Shown: positions 37,442-48,277 of the stretch, in pieces
How positions within the stretch are numbered: the stretch's first letter is position 1
How the letters are laid out: every line of letters begins with the position of its first letter
Origin: Acidobacteriota bacterium
GTDB taxonomy: Bacteria > Acidobacteriota > UBA6911 > RPQK01 > JADFOI01
DNA length: 58,555 nt
Direction of reading: 5' to 3'
NCBI GenBank assembly: GCA_022562935.1
Contig: JADFOI010000003.1
Location: 1-58,555 of the forward strand
The notes under the pieces: model-generated
Databases searched by the model: none
Told to the model about the DNA's origin: nothing
What the model saw: the letters and a program-made list of their open reading frames with translations, nothing else
Made by a program: the position numbers and the translations under genes

Positions 37442-39700
37442 GTGAGCGCTCTCTTTGCCGATGTGGCCGTGCCTCTCCCTCTCTTCCAGACTTTCACCTA
37501 CTCTGTCCCGGATTCCCTCGGGGACGAGCTTCACCCCGGGTGTCGTGTCTTGGTGCCTTTCGGTACCCGTCATTTGGTCGGTTTGGTGACCCAATTGCAC
37601 CGGGAATCTCGGGAGGGAACGGTCAAACCCATTCTCGAGACTCTGGACCGGAAACCTCTTTTATCTCCTCCACTGCTCAAGCTTGGCCTGTGGGTGGCTT
37701 CTTACTATCTTGCTCCGCCAGGTGAGGCGCTGCGAGTGATGTTACCACCCGGGTTGTTGGCGAAGAAGGTGGCGCTGGATGAAGACCAACCAGTGCAGCG
37801 GTTTTGGCCGACCAAACAACGCTTGGCTGTGGTGGAGATGACCTCTGTTGAGGTCAAATTGACGGCAAGGCAGGAGGAAGTTGTTGAGTTGCTGAGTCAA
37901 AGGACTCTTCCCGTGGCGGTGCAGCCGTTTTTAAGGGATGTGGGGTGTAGTCCGTCGGTACTTCAAAAACTGGTCTCTAAAGGGATCATCCGAATGGAAG
38001 CGGTTGAGAGCTATCGTTCCCCCTGGGCTCAGTCTGAGACCTTTCCGGAAGTCCAAAAGCACGACCTGAACAAGGATCAGCGCCGAATCTTCGAAAAGAT
38101 TGACCAGCACCTCTCCATGAACCGATTTCACAGCATGCTGATCCATGGTGTTACGGGAAGCGGGAAGACCGAGATTTACCTGAACGCCATCGCCAGTACG
38201 CTAGCTCGCGGAAGATCAGCGCTGGTTCTGGTTCCGGAAATCGGGTTGACTCCTCAGATCTCCCGTTATTTTCGAGCCTGGTTTGGAGAAGAGGTGGCTA
38301 TTTTACACAGTGCCCTCTCGGTAGGAGAGCGCTTTGATCAATGGCGGAGAATCCGAGACGGCCAGGCTCGTGTGGTGGTGGGAACCCGTTCAGCCGTTTT
38401 TGCTCCACTCGCTGAGTTAGGAATCATCATTGTGGATGAAGAGCACGACAGTTCCTACAAACAAGAGGAATTGCCGCACTACCATGCTCGTGACGTGGCC
38501 CTCAAACGGGGAGAACTCGAACAAACGTTGGTGATCCTGGGTAGTGCAACTCCTCAGTTGGAGACGTTTTATAACTCTGTCCATGGCGGAGCCCCCGAGT
38601 ACGAGGCTCTCAATTCACGGATTCTGGAACGTCCTCTTCCAACCGTACACGTGGTCGACATGCGGGTCGAGTTTCAAAAGCGAGGCAAAGCGGTTGTCCT
38701 GTCCCAACACCTTCAGGAATCCATCGCCGAAAGGTTGGATCGCAAGGAGCAGGTCCTGATCTTGTTGAATCGGCGGGGATACGCGTCGGTCCTGCTGTGT
38801 CGAAGCTGTGGGAATACAGAGATCTGCGAAAACTGCAGCCTTAGCCTCACCTATCACCAGGATTCCAACCGCTTACTTTGCCACTATTGTGGGTATCTGA
38901 GGTCTGTTCCCCAACGATGTCGAGCCTGCGGCAACAAGTATATTCACTTCCTCGGTCACGGCACCCAGAAGGTTCAGGAAATCCTGAGAACTCTCTTTCC
39001 GAAAGCAGCCATAGCCCGTTTGGATCGGGACACGGTCCAGAGGAAGGGGAGTCTCCAAAGGATTCTGGGGGCTTTCGGGTCGGGTCAGACCGATATCCTG
39101 ATTGGAACCCAGATGATCGCCAAGGGACACGATTTCCCACGCGTCACGCTGGTGGGAGTTTTAACTGCTGAGCAAGCTCTTCGGATGGCCGACTTTCGTG
39201 CTTCGGAAAGAACCTTTCAACTTCTCACCCAAGTTGCGGGGCGAGCAGGAAGAGGAGAACAGCCCGGGGAAGTGATCATCCAGACCTACTATCCCGATCA
39301 TTACAGCCTGAAACACGCTCGTTCTCAAAATTACCGGCTCTTTTTTGAGGAGGAGATCCGTTTCCGGCGCAATTTTCGCTATCCCCCCTTCACAGCCCTG
39401 GCCAACCTCATGGTCCAAGGGCGACCCCAGGCGAAGACCCGGCGGGCGGCAGAACAGGTAGCTGACCTGTTACTTCGGCAACGGACACGCCTTTCAGCTC
39501 AACGGCGCATGCGGGTTCTTGGACCTGCCCAGGCACCTCTTGAGAAACTCAAGGGCGATTATCGGTTCCAGATTTTGATCAAGAGCACCAATCGAAAAGA
39601 GCTTCATGAAGTGCTCGAGTCTGCCATGGAAGAGCTGAGCCAGAAGAGAGTCAAGATAAGAAAGCCTTCCATTGATATTGACCCGATGAACTTGCTCTAA
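37442..39700 (+). CDS. priA: Primosomal protein N'
   Basis: GVTGSGKTEIY, LVPEIGLTPQ, DEEHD.SYKQ, LNRRGY, CxxC zinc motifs, GTQMIAKG.DFP. Confidence 0.97.
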   Translation: MSALFADVAVPLPLFQTFTYSVPDSLGDELHPGCRVLVPFGTRHLVGLVTQLHRESREGTVKPILETLDRKPLLSPPLLKLGLWVASYYLAPPGEALRVMLPPGLLAKKVALDEDQPVQRFWPTKQRLAVVEMTSVEVKLTARQEEVVELLSQRTLPVAVQPFLRDVGCSPSVLQKLVSKGIIRMEAVESYRSPWAQSETFPEVQKHDLNKDQRRIFEKIDQHLSMNRFHSMLIHGVTGSGKTEIYLNAIASTLARGRSALVLVPEIGLTPQISRYFRAWFGEEVAILHSALSVGERFDQWRRIRDGQARVVVGTRSAVFAPLAELGIIIVDEEHDSSYKQEELPHYHARDVALKRGELEQTLVILGSATPQLETFYNSVHGGAPEYEALNSRILERPLPTVHVVDMRVEFQKRGKAVVLSQHLQESIAERLDRKEQVLILLNRRGYASVLLCRSCGNTEICENCSLSLTYHQDSNRLLCHYCGYLRSVPQRCRACGNKYIHFLGHGTQKVQEILRTLFPKAAIARLDRDTVQRKGSLQRILGAFGSGQTDILIGTQMIAKGHDFPRVTLVGVLTAEQALRMADFRASERTFQLLTQVAGRAGRGEQPGEVIIQTYYPDHYSLKHARSQNYRLFFEEEIRFRRNFRYPPFTALANLMVQGRPQAKTRRAAEQVADLLLRQRTRLSAQRRMRVLGPAQAPLEKLKGDYRFQILIKSTNRKELHEVLESAMEELSQKRVKIRKPSIDIDPMNLL

Positions 39701-39707
39701 TGTAAGA

Positions 39708-41225
39708 GTGAAAACGGTTCGAATCCATGGCGAAGTTTTGGAGAAGATGGTTGAACATGCTCGTCGTGAATACCCACTGGAGTGTTGTGGGCTCTTGTCA
39801 GGCAGCGGTTGGGAGATCGATGGCATACAAGCAACCGGGAATCAAAGACAGAGCCGTGAAGAATTTTTCGTCCCGGTTGAGGAACTCTTTGCATTTTTTA
39901 GAGGATTGCGGCGAAGTGGCAGAGAACATCTAGGGATTTACCATTCTCATCCCACGTCCAGGAGCCTTCCTTCCTCTCGTGATGTGGCCGAGTTTCACTA
40001 TCCGGAGGTGAGTTACTGGATTGTTTCCCTGAAGGGAGAAGAGCCGGATGTCCGCTGTTTTCGCTGGGACAAAAGGGATTTTAAAAATGTTGACTTTGAG
40101 GTGTATGAAGATCACGGAAAACGGCCACAACAGTGTAAAATGAAATCAGTGCAGACAATCCCGAGAGAACCGGACATTTTTGCCAATATTCGAGATTCGG
40201 CTCCCGTTGAGCTGCTGGGTTTTCTGGATCAAATTGTCCTCCTGTTGCCTGAGGGGTCCAGATATCGTCTCAAGCAGGTCTTCGATTCTTTGCCTCCCCA
40301 GGGCGATAATCTGCAAAAGGTCCTGGAGCTGGTTCGGAGTCAATGGAAGGACATTCAATCTCAGGAGTGGGTCCGAATCGCAATTGTCGGTCCGGGACAG
40401 ACAGGAAAATCCTCACTCCTTGCTGCGCTGTCCAGACGACAACGGGCTGGATCGACGCCCATCTTCACCCTGGTCGATATTCATGACGAGTATCTGGGTT
40501 TCAAACCCGATGAGACGCTGTCTGAGAAACTCAGGGATTTCGACCTCATCCTGTTGATTCTGGATGGTCGATATGAGCTCTCCAATAGCACAACGGAAAT
40601 GTATGAGAGACTCAACAGCTTGAATAGGCCGGTCCTGGTTGTCCTCAACAAGATCGATCTGGTCCAGACGCCTCGGGATGCGGTCAGAGCGGCCCGAAGG
40701 CGTTTGGGAACCAGCGTATTTGCTACCTCTGTGGATCAACCGGCAACTATTGAGCAACTCTTGAAAGCAATTCTGGACACGGACCCAAAGACCCTTTCTT
40801 CCCTGAGTCAAAATTTTCCAGACTTCCGTCGCGGTATCTGTCATGGAATCGTCAGCCAGGCCGCACTTTCGGGAGCCATCGTGGGGGCCATTCGAATTCC
40901 CATAGCCGACCTTTTACCCATAATGGCCATTCAGACGGGAATGCTCTTGAAGATCGCGCGGACTTTCGGATATCCACTTAACCGGGAAAGAGCCCGAGAG
41001 CTGCTGCCCATGTTGGCGGCTGGAGTTGCCGTCCGAGAGGGGAGCCATTGGCTGAGACGCCGCTATCCCGAATATCGGAAACTTATTTCCATATCCGTTG
41101 CGGGAATCTGGACTTTTGTTCTAGGACATGCGGCCGTTCAATATTTCGACGGTTTGTCCAATTTTCTGAACGACGATCGATCCGCTGACTTTCCGTCGCC
41201 TGCCATGGGTTGGGAGATTCACTGA
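39708..41225 (+). CDS. JAB/MPN (M67) metalloprotease fused to a P-loop GTPase-like and DUF697-like domain
   Basis: PLECCGLL...YHSHP....PSSRD JAMM motif; GPGQTGKS, NKID; hydrophobic GAIVGAIRIPIADLLPIMAIQTGML. One open frame in the track. Confidence 0.8.
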   Translation: MKTVRIHGEVLEKMVEHARREYPLECCGLLSGSGWEIDGIQATGNQRQSREEFFVPVEELFAFFRGLRRSGREHLGIYHSHPTSRSLPSSRDVAEFHYPEVSYWIVSLKGEEPDVRCFRWDKRDFKNVDFEVYEDHGKRPQQCKMKSVQTIPREPDIFANIRDSAPVELLGFLDQIVLLLPEGSRYRLKQVFDSLPPQGDNLQKVLELVRSQWKDIQSQEWVRIAIVGPGQTGKSSLLAALSRRQRAGSTPIFTLVDIHDEYLGFKPDETLSEKLRDFDLILLILDGRYELSNSTTEMYERLNSLNRPVLVVLNKIDLVQTPRDAVRAARRRLGTSVFATSVDQPATIEQLLKAILDTDPKTLSSLSQNFPDFRRGICHGIVSQAALSGAIVGAIRIPIADLLPIMAIQTGMLLKIARTFGYPLNRERARELLPMLAAGVAVREGSHWLRRRYPEYRKLISISVAGIWTFVLGHAAVQYFDGLSNFLNDDRSADFPSPAMGWEIH

Positions 41226-42139
41226 TGGGGCAAGGCGGCAGGGAGGAACTGGCTGAGTTGGCTTTGGGGCGTCGCAAGGGAACGCGCTCCTTGCGCATTG
41301 CACTCCTCATTACCGCGATCTTTCTGATGGTGGAGTTTGTGGGCGGCCTGTGGACCAACAGTTTGGCTCTATTGGCGGATGCCGGACACATGCTCACAGA
41401 TGCCGCTGCATTGAGTCTGAGCCTGTTTGCAATGGGGTTCATTCTCCGCCCAGCTACTTCCGAGAAAACCTATGGCTACTTCAGGGTGGAGATCTTAGCT
41501 GCCCTGATCAACGGTTCGGCTTTGTTGGTGATTGCCTTTTTTATCCTTTACGAAGCCTACCAGCGTTTCCTGCAGCCGGAGGCGATAAAAAGTCTGGAGA
41601 TGCTGGTGATTGCAGCTGCGGGTCTGGTGGCGAACCTGACTTGTGCTCGCATCCTGCACCAATGTGAGGTCGACAGTCTCAATATTCGAGGAGCTTATCT
41701 GCATGTGATAGGAGACGTTCTGGGCTCCGTGGGTGCCATCCTTGCCAGCCTGGTCATCTTGTTCTGGAAGGCTTATTGGGCCGATCCCGCAATCAGTGTT
41801 CTGGTCAGTTTCCTCATTCTGTACAGTGCCTGGAAGTTGGTCAAGGATGCCGTTTTAGTCCTCTTGGAGGGCACGCCGTCCCATGTCAATTTGGCGGCAA
41901 TGAAGCAGGCCCTTTGTAAGGTTGCGGGGGTGGACTCCGTTCACGATCTTCATGTCTGGACATTGACTGCCGGTGTGCATGCCATGACTTGTCATGCAGT
42001 GGTGGCTCAGGCCAACGGCCGGCGTCGGATCCTGGAGCAACTCATTTCCGTCTCTCGGGAGCAATTCAACATTCTTCACGCGACGATTCAGATCGAACAT
42101 GAAAATCCCTGTCCCAATGAAACAACTTTTTGTCATTAG
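41225..42139 (+). CDS. Cation diffusion facilitator (CzcD-like)
   Basis: SLALLADAGHMLTD (TM2), GAYLHVIGD (TM5), VHDLHVW, HATIQIE. ATG overlaps the upstream TGA. Confidence 0.93.
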   Translation: MGQGGREELAELALGRRKGTRSLRIALLITAIFLMVEFVGGLWTNSLALLADAGHMLTDAAALSLSLFAMGFILRPATSEKTYGYFRVEILAALINGSALLVIAFFILYEAYQRFLQPEAIKSLEMLVIAAAGLVANLTCARILHQCEVDSLNIRGAYLHVIGDVLGSVGAILASLVILFWKAYWADPAISVLVSFLILYSAWKLVKDAVLVLLEGTPSHVNLAAMKQALCKVAGVDSVHDLHVWTLTAGVHAMTCHAVVAQANGRRRILEQLISVSREQFNILHATIQIEHENPCPNETTFCH

Positions 42140-42197
42140 CCCCTACCCTCGCTTTCCGAGGTCGGAACTGTCTGGAAGAAAGGACCCGTCCAACTAG

Positions 42198-43079
42198 ATG
42201 CCCAAAGAGTTTGACAGGAAGTCTTCGGATTCGAAGCGTCCGACTGAAGATGATACAGGGGGGCCGCCCGTCAACCGGCCCCTTCAACAGAGTCCGGAGA
42301 CGCTTGCACTCAACTATAACTGGATCGGGCAGTTTCAGAGCCAGCATTCCGACTATTCGTTTGTCAAGAATGAGGAGATTCCCTGGACCGATCTCAAGGT
42401 GGACCTGTTTGAAGCGCGTGTGGCTCTTGTGACCACGGTGGGAGTTCACCTCAAGGATCAGAAGCCCTTCAGTATCTCTCCGGGAGAGATCACCCCGGAG
42501 TTGTCCCAGTTCAATTTCCGGGAAAAGGGAGATCCTAGTTTACGCCTGATACCGGCATCAGTGGATGTCAGCGAGTTGTGGATTGCCCATCCCTATCTGG
42601 ATGTGAGTGGGGTAGAAGAAGATGTCAACGTCGTTTTTCCCTTGAAAAGGCTGCAAGAACTGGAGGAGGAGAACGTCATCGGAGAGATCGCCACTCAACA
42701 TATTTCCTTTATGGGCTACGTGCCCAACCCGGTGGACCTGGAACTTTCTGCAAAGGATGCCGTTGAACACCTCAGGCAAGATCAAGTTGACCTTGTTGTG
42801 CTGACTCCAGGCGAAGTCTTGAGCCACCAGAGTATGGTGGTGATCCAGCGAGCCATTGAAGCAGCCGGCATTGCCACCATCAGCATCGCCCTCTGTCGCG
42901 ATGTGGTGGAATCGGTAGGAACACCCCGATCGGTTCATTACGGTTTTCCCTTCGGGTTTACTCTGGGAGAGCCCAACGATCAGGCAGTCCAGCTGAGAAT
43001 CCTGAAGGATACGCTTCGCTCCCTGGAGGACATCGACCAACCGGGAACCATCGTGGATCTCCCCTACGAATGGGTATGA
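42198..43079 (+). CDS. GrdB/PrdB (reductase selenoprotein B) family homologue without Sec
   Basis: RVALVTT.G.HL..Q.PF, GDPS.R.IP, D.NVVFPL.RL.EL, SFMGY, VIQRAIEAAGIAT, GTPR. Confidence 0.82.
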   Translation: MPKEFDRKSSDSKRPTEDDTGGPPVNRPLQQSPETLALNYNWIGQFQSQHSDYSFVKNEEIPWTDLKVDLFEARVALVTTVGVHLKDQKPFSISPGEITPELSQFNFREKGDPSLRLIPASVDVSELWIAHPYLDVSGVEEDVNVVFPLKRLQELEEENVIGEIATQHISFMGYVPNPVDLELSAKDAVEHLRQDQVDLVVLTPGEVLSHQSMVVIQRAIEAAGIATISIALCRDVVESVGTPRSVHYGFPFGFTLGEPNDQAVQLRILKDTLRSLEDIDQPGTIVDLPYEWV

Positions 43080-43365
43080 CCGCTGACGGCCAGCCATCAG
43101 CGGAAATTCAAAATTCAAAACTCCAAATTCCAAACAAATTCAAAATACCAAACACAAAACCACAGCCGGAAGACCGGCTGAAATCCGAAATCCAGAATCC
43201 CACATCCGAAACGTGACTTCTTCCCATGTCTCCTATCCCCCTTTCCCTCGTCTGTAGTCGCAGTTGTTTCGAATTTTGAATTTGAAATTTTGAATTTGGA
43301 GTTTTGAATTTCAGCCGGTCTTCCGGCTGTGTCTTCCGTCAGCTGTTAGTTGTCAGCTGTCAGCT
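43080..43365. repeat. Largest hairpin-heptamer cluster (two head-to-tail modules plus one inverted)
   Basis: Hairpins at 43080-43103, 43163-43180 and 43312-43329 (inverted), each flanked by AAAT(T/C)C-type 7-mers; CTGTCAG array at the end. Confidence 0.88.
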
Positions 43366-43383
43366 TCTGTAGTAAGCTTGGCT

Positions 43384-44127
43384 ATGCGCTTCGTCGGAGT
43401 CATTCCAGCTCGCTACAATTCCTCAAGAATCCCTGGAAAACCTCTCATTGAAATCGCCGGAAGGCCTATGATTCAGTGGGTATACGACCGGGCCAGCCAG
43501 GCTTCGAGCCTTGCCGAGGTCCTCGTTGCCACCGACGATGAACGGGTTCTGCGCACGGTGGAAGATTTTGGGGGAAGGGCTCTGATGACGCGTTCCGATC
43601 ACCTGAGCGGACTCGACCGGGTGGCCGAGGTGGCTGAAGCCATCCAGGGAGATGTGTTCGTGAACATTCAAGGGGATGAACCGCTGATCGCAGTCGATAC
43701 GATCGAGAAGATTTGTTCCCCTTTTGAGGGGAACGCTCGGGTTCAGGTGACCACTGCTCGAGTGGAGATCACCGACCCGGAAGAGATCAACAACCCTAAT
43801 GTCGTGAAGGTTGTGACCAATGAGCAGGGTCGTGCTCTTTACTTTTCTCGTGCCCCCATCCCTTATCTGCGGAACGAGCCTGGATCCATTTATAAACATC
43901 TGGGCATTTATGGGTATCGTCGGGAGTTCTTGGGGATGTTGTCCAAGTTGAGACCCTCTAAACTGGAAGAAATTGAGGCCCTGGAACAGCTCAGGTTGTT
44001 GGAAAACGGCATACCCATACAGGTGGTCGAAGTCGCCCAAGACAGTATTGGAGTGGATACTCTCGAGGATCTGGACCGTGTCAGACCTCTGTTGGAGAAT
44101 GAGCTCAAAGAGTCGAAAAGGCGATAA
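43384..44127 (+). CDS. kdsB: 3-deoxy-manno-octulosonate cytidylyltransferase
   Basis: IPARYNSSRIPGKPL, VATDDER, VNIQGDEP, VKVV, YFSRAPIP, EALEQLR. Confidence 0.96.
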   Translation: MRFVGVIPARYNSSRIPGKPLIEIAGRPMIQWVYDRASQASSLAEVLVATDDERVLRTVEDFGGRALMTRSDHLSGLDRVAEVAEAIQGDVFVNIQGDEPLIAVDTIEKICSPFEGNARVQVTTARVEITDPEEINNPNVVKVVTNEQGRALYFSRAPIPYLRNEPGSIYKHLGIYGYRREFLGMLSKLRPSKLEEIEALEQLRLLENGIPIQVVEVAQDSIGVDTLEDLDRVRPLLENELKESKRR

Positions 44128-44140
44128 AACGGAGGAGTAG

Positions 44141-45796
<1,656 letters not shown>

Positions 45797-45890
45797 CCTA
45801 TCCGTCCATTGTATCTTGGGGGTGGGTTGTTGGTATCATTCCAGGGTCGTAATCCTTATCCATGACCGGGAACTGATAGCTGGACGATCG

Positions 45891-46736
45891 ATGACACCAA
45901 CCTCCGTTATTCCCCTGGGCCAGTGGAAACTTGGCGGTAACAACCCTTTCTTTTTAATTTCAGGCCCCTGCGTGATTGAGAGCGAGCCGCACTGTATGGA
46001 AATGGCCGGGCGCTTAAAGGAGATCACTGCCCGCCTCAAGATCCCCTTTATTTTCAAGGCCTCATACGATAAGGCCAATCGTACCTCCATTCACTCTCAT
46101 CGGGGTCCTGGCTTGGAGAAGGGTCTTGAGATTCTCCAGAAGGTGGGTCAAGAGTTACAAATACCCGTGACCTCGGATGTCCATGAGGTGAACCAGGTCG
46201 AACCCGCGGCTCAGGTTCTGGATATGCTGCAGATTCCGGCCTTTCTCTCCCGGCAAACCGACTTAATTCAGGCCGCCGCCGCTACCGGAAGGATCGTCAA
46301 TATCAAGAAAGGCCAGTTTCTGGCCCCCTGGGATGTTCAGCATGTTGTGGAAAAAGCTCAGTCGGCGGGGGCTGCTGGAATCATCCTCACCGAGCGAGGC
46401 GTCTCCTTCGGCTACAATAACCTGGTGACGGATTTCAAGGCTCTTCCCATCATGAGAGCCTTGGGCGTTCCGGTTGTCTTTGACGCCACTCACAGCGTAC
46501 AGTTACCGGGTGGGGCAGGGGGTTGGAGCGGCGGTCAGGCCGAGTTTATCCCTCATTTGGCAAGGGCAGCAGTGGCAGTGGGAACGGATGGCCTGTTTAT
46601 CGAAGTCCATGATCATCCCGAGAAGGCCTTGAGTGACGGCGCCAATGCCTTGCAAATCGATGAGGTGGAGAACGTCTTAAGTCAGTTACAGGAAATTGAC
46701 CAGCTGGTGAAAGAGCAGCTGACAGCTGACAACTGA
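45891..46736 (+). CDS. kdsA: KDO 8-phosphate synthase
   Basis: GPCVIES, FKASYDKANRTS, QIPAFLSRQT, KKGQFLAP, DATHSVQLPG, SDG. Confidence 0.96.
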   Translation: MTPTSVIPLGQWKLGGNNPFFLISGPCVIESEPHCMEMAGRLKEITARLKIPFIFKASYDKANRTSIHSHRGPGLEKGLEILQKVGQELQIPVTSDVHEVNQVEPAAQVLDMLQIPAFLSRQTDLIQAAAATGRIVNIKKGQFLAPWDVQHVVEKAQSAGAAGIILTERGVSFGYNNLVTDFKALPIMRALGVPVVFDATHSVQLPGGAGGWSGGQAEFIPHLARAAVAVGTDGLFIEVHDHPEKALSDGANALQIDEVENVLSQLQEIDQLVKEQLTADN

Positions 46737-46744
46737 CAACTACG

Positions 46745-47704
46745 ATGTCTCAGGAAACCGGGCGTAAAGTCTTACAGATTGAAGCGGATGCCATCTCGAG
46801 TCTGATCCCGCGGCTTGGAGAATCCTTCGATCGCGCCGTGGAATTGTTGGCCAACTGCAAGGGTCGGGTGGTGGCCACGGGAATGGGGAAGTCGGGCATC
46901 GTTTGCAGGAAAATTGCCGCCACATTCAGCAGTACCGGTACGCCATCGGTGTTTCTTCACCCGGCCGAGGCGGTTCACGGGGATGTGGGGATGCTCACCA
47001 GCCAGGATGTGGTGCTGGCCCTCTCCAACAGTGGCGAAACGGAGGAGCTGGTGAAGTTGGTGGCGACCATCAAGCGTTTGGGCATTCCCTTGATCTCCAT
47101 GGTGGGCAACACCGATTCCACGCTGGCTAGAAGTGCGGATCTGGTGCTGGATGTTGGGGTGGACCGGGAAGCCTGTCCCTTGGGACTGGCACCGACCGCT
47201 TCCACCACCGCCTCCATGGCCCTCGGAGACGCTTTGGCTCTGTCTCTCTCTGAGAAAAGAGGATTTCATATGGAGGATTTTGCTCGCCTGCACCCCGGCG
47301 GGAGACTGGGTAAGAAGCTGGCAAAGGTGGGGGAACTGATGCATCGCGGAGAGAAAATTCCCAAGGTGACCGAGGAGACGGGAATGGATGCGGTGATTTA
47401 CGAGATGTCGAAAAAGGGTCTGGGCATTACCAGTGTTGTGGCAGAAGATGATCGCCTGGTTGGAGTGATTTCGGATGGAGATTTGAGAAGATTGCTTCAA
47501 GATGAGCGCGAAAAGATACTCTCCAGGACCGCCAGCCAGTGTATGACCAAGAATCCCTTGACCATTAACGAGGATGAGCTCGCTACAGGTGCGCTCCACC
47601 TCATGGAGCAAAAAAAGATCACTTCTTTGATGGTTACGGATGCCTCTGAGAAAGTCATCGGGATTATCCACCTGCATGATCTCTGGGGAATGGAGATGTT
47701 TTAG
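46745..47704 (+). CDS. kdsD: Arabinose 5-phosphate isomerase (KpsF/GutQ, SIS plus CBS)
   Basis: TGMGKSG, HPAEAVHGDVG, SNSGET, APTASTT, HPGG.LG, CBS pair. Confidence 0.95.
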   Translation: MSQETGRKVLQIEADAISSLIPRLGESFDRAVELLANCKGRVVATGMGKSGIVCRKIAATFSSTGTPSVFLHPAEAVHGDVGMLTSQDVVLALSNSGETEELVKLVATIKRLGIPLISMVGNTDSTLARSADLVLDVGVDREACPLGLAPTASTTASMALGDALALSLSEKRGFHMEDFARLHPGGRLGKKLAKVGELMHRGEKIPKVTEETGMDAVIYEMSKKGLGITSVVAEDDRLVGVISDGDLRRLLQDEREKILSRTASQCMTKNPLTINEDELATGALHLMEQKKITSLMVTDASEKVIGIIHLHDLWGMEMF

Positions 47705-47707
47705 ACG

Positions 47708-48265
47708 ATGACCTCATTACCGGATCAAGTCGTGGATAAGCTTCGAAAGATTCGCCTGATCTTATTGGACGTGGATGGTGTGTTGACGGACGGGCGTATT
47801 GGTTTGCTTCCCGGTGGTGAAGAAATCAAGTTCTTCTCTGTTTATGACGGACTGGCTATTCGACTGGCCATGAAGGTGGGCTGGGAGGTCGGTTTTCTCA
47901 GTGGACGCACCAGTGAGGAAGTGTCGGCTCGGGCCCGAGAGTTGGGTATTGAAATTGTCGTCCAGGGCTCTCGAGACAAAGTAGGGGATTTTGAAAAGAT
48001 TCTGAAGGACAGAAACCTGCAAGCCTCGGAAGTTGTCTATATGGGCGATGATCTTCCCGATCTCCCCCTGCTGAAGAGGGTAGGATTTTCTGCCGCTCCT
48101 GGCAACGCCGTGGAATCCGTCAAGCGTGCTGTTCACTACGTTACCAGCGAGAAAGGCGGTGGCGGGGCCGTTCGCGAAGTGGTGGATCTGATGCTTAAAA
48201 CCACCGGTAAGTGGGAAAACATCGTCGAAGAACTGGATAAAACGGGAACCGTGCCGTCGGGTTAA
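47708..48265 (+). CDS. kdsC: KDO 8-phosphate phosphatase (HAD)
   Basis: LDVDGVLTDG, SGR, YMGDDLPD, GGGAVRE. Confidence 0.94.
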   Translation: MTSLPDQVVDKLRKIRLILLDVDGVLTDGRIGLLPGGEEIKFFSVYDGLAIRLAMKVGWEVGFLSGRTSEEVSARARELGIEIVVQGSRDKVGDFEKILKDRNLQASEVVYMGDDLPDLPLLKRVGFSAAPGNAVESVKRAVHYVTSEKGGGGAVREVVDLMLKTTGKWENIVEELDKTGTVPSG

Positions 48266-48277
48266 GGGAAGAGAGAA

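Noticed and set aside
39708-40110. JAB domain as part of a CBASS or ubiquitin-like antiphage system
   Set aside because: No cyclase, E1/E2, ubiquitin-like or effector gene nearby; the context is priA and a CDF.
42198-43079. Selenocysteine recoding in the PrdB-like gene
   Set aside because: The Sec-equivalent codon is GAA and the ORF has no internal TGA.
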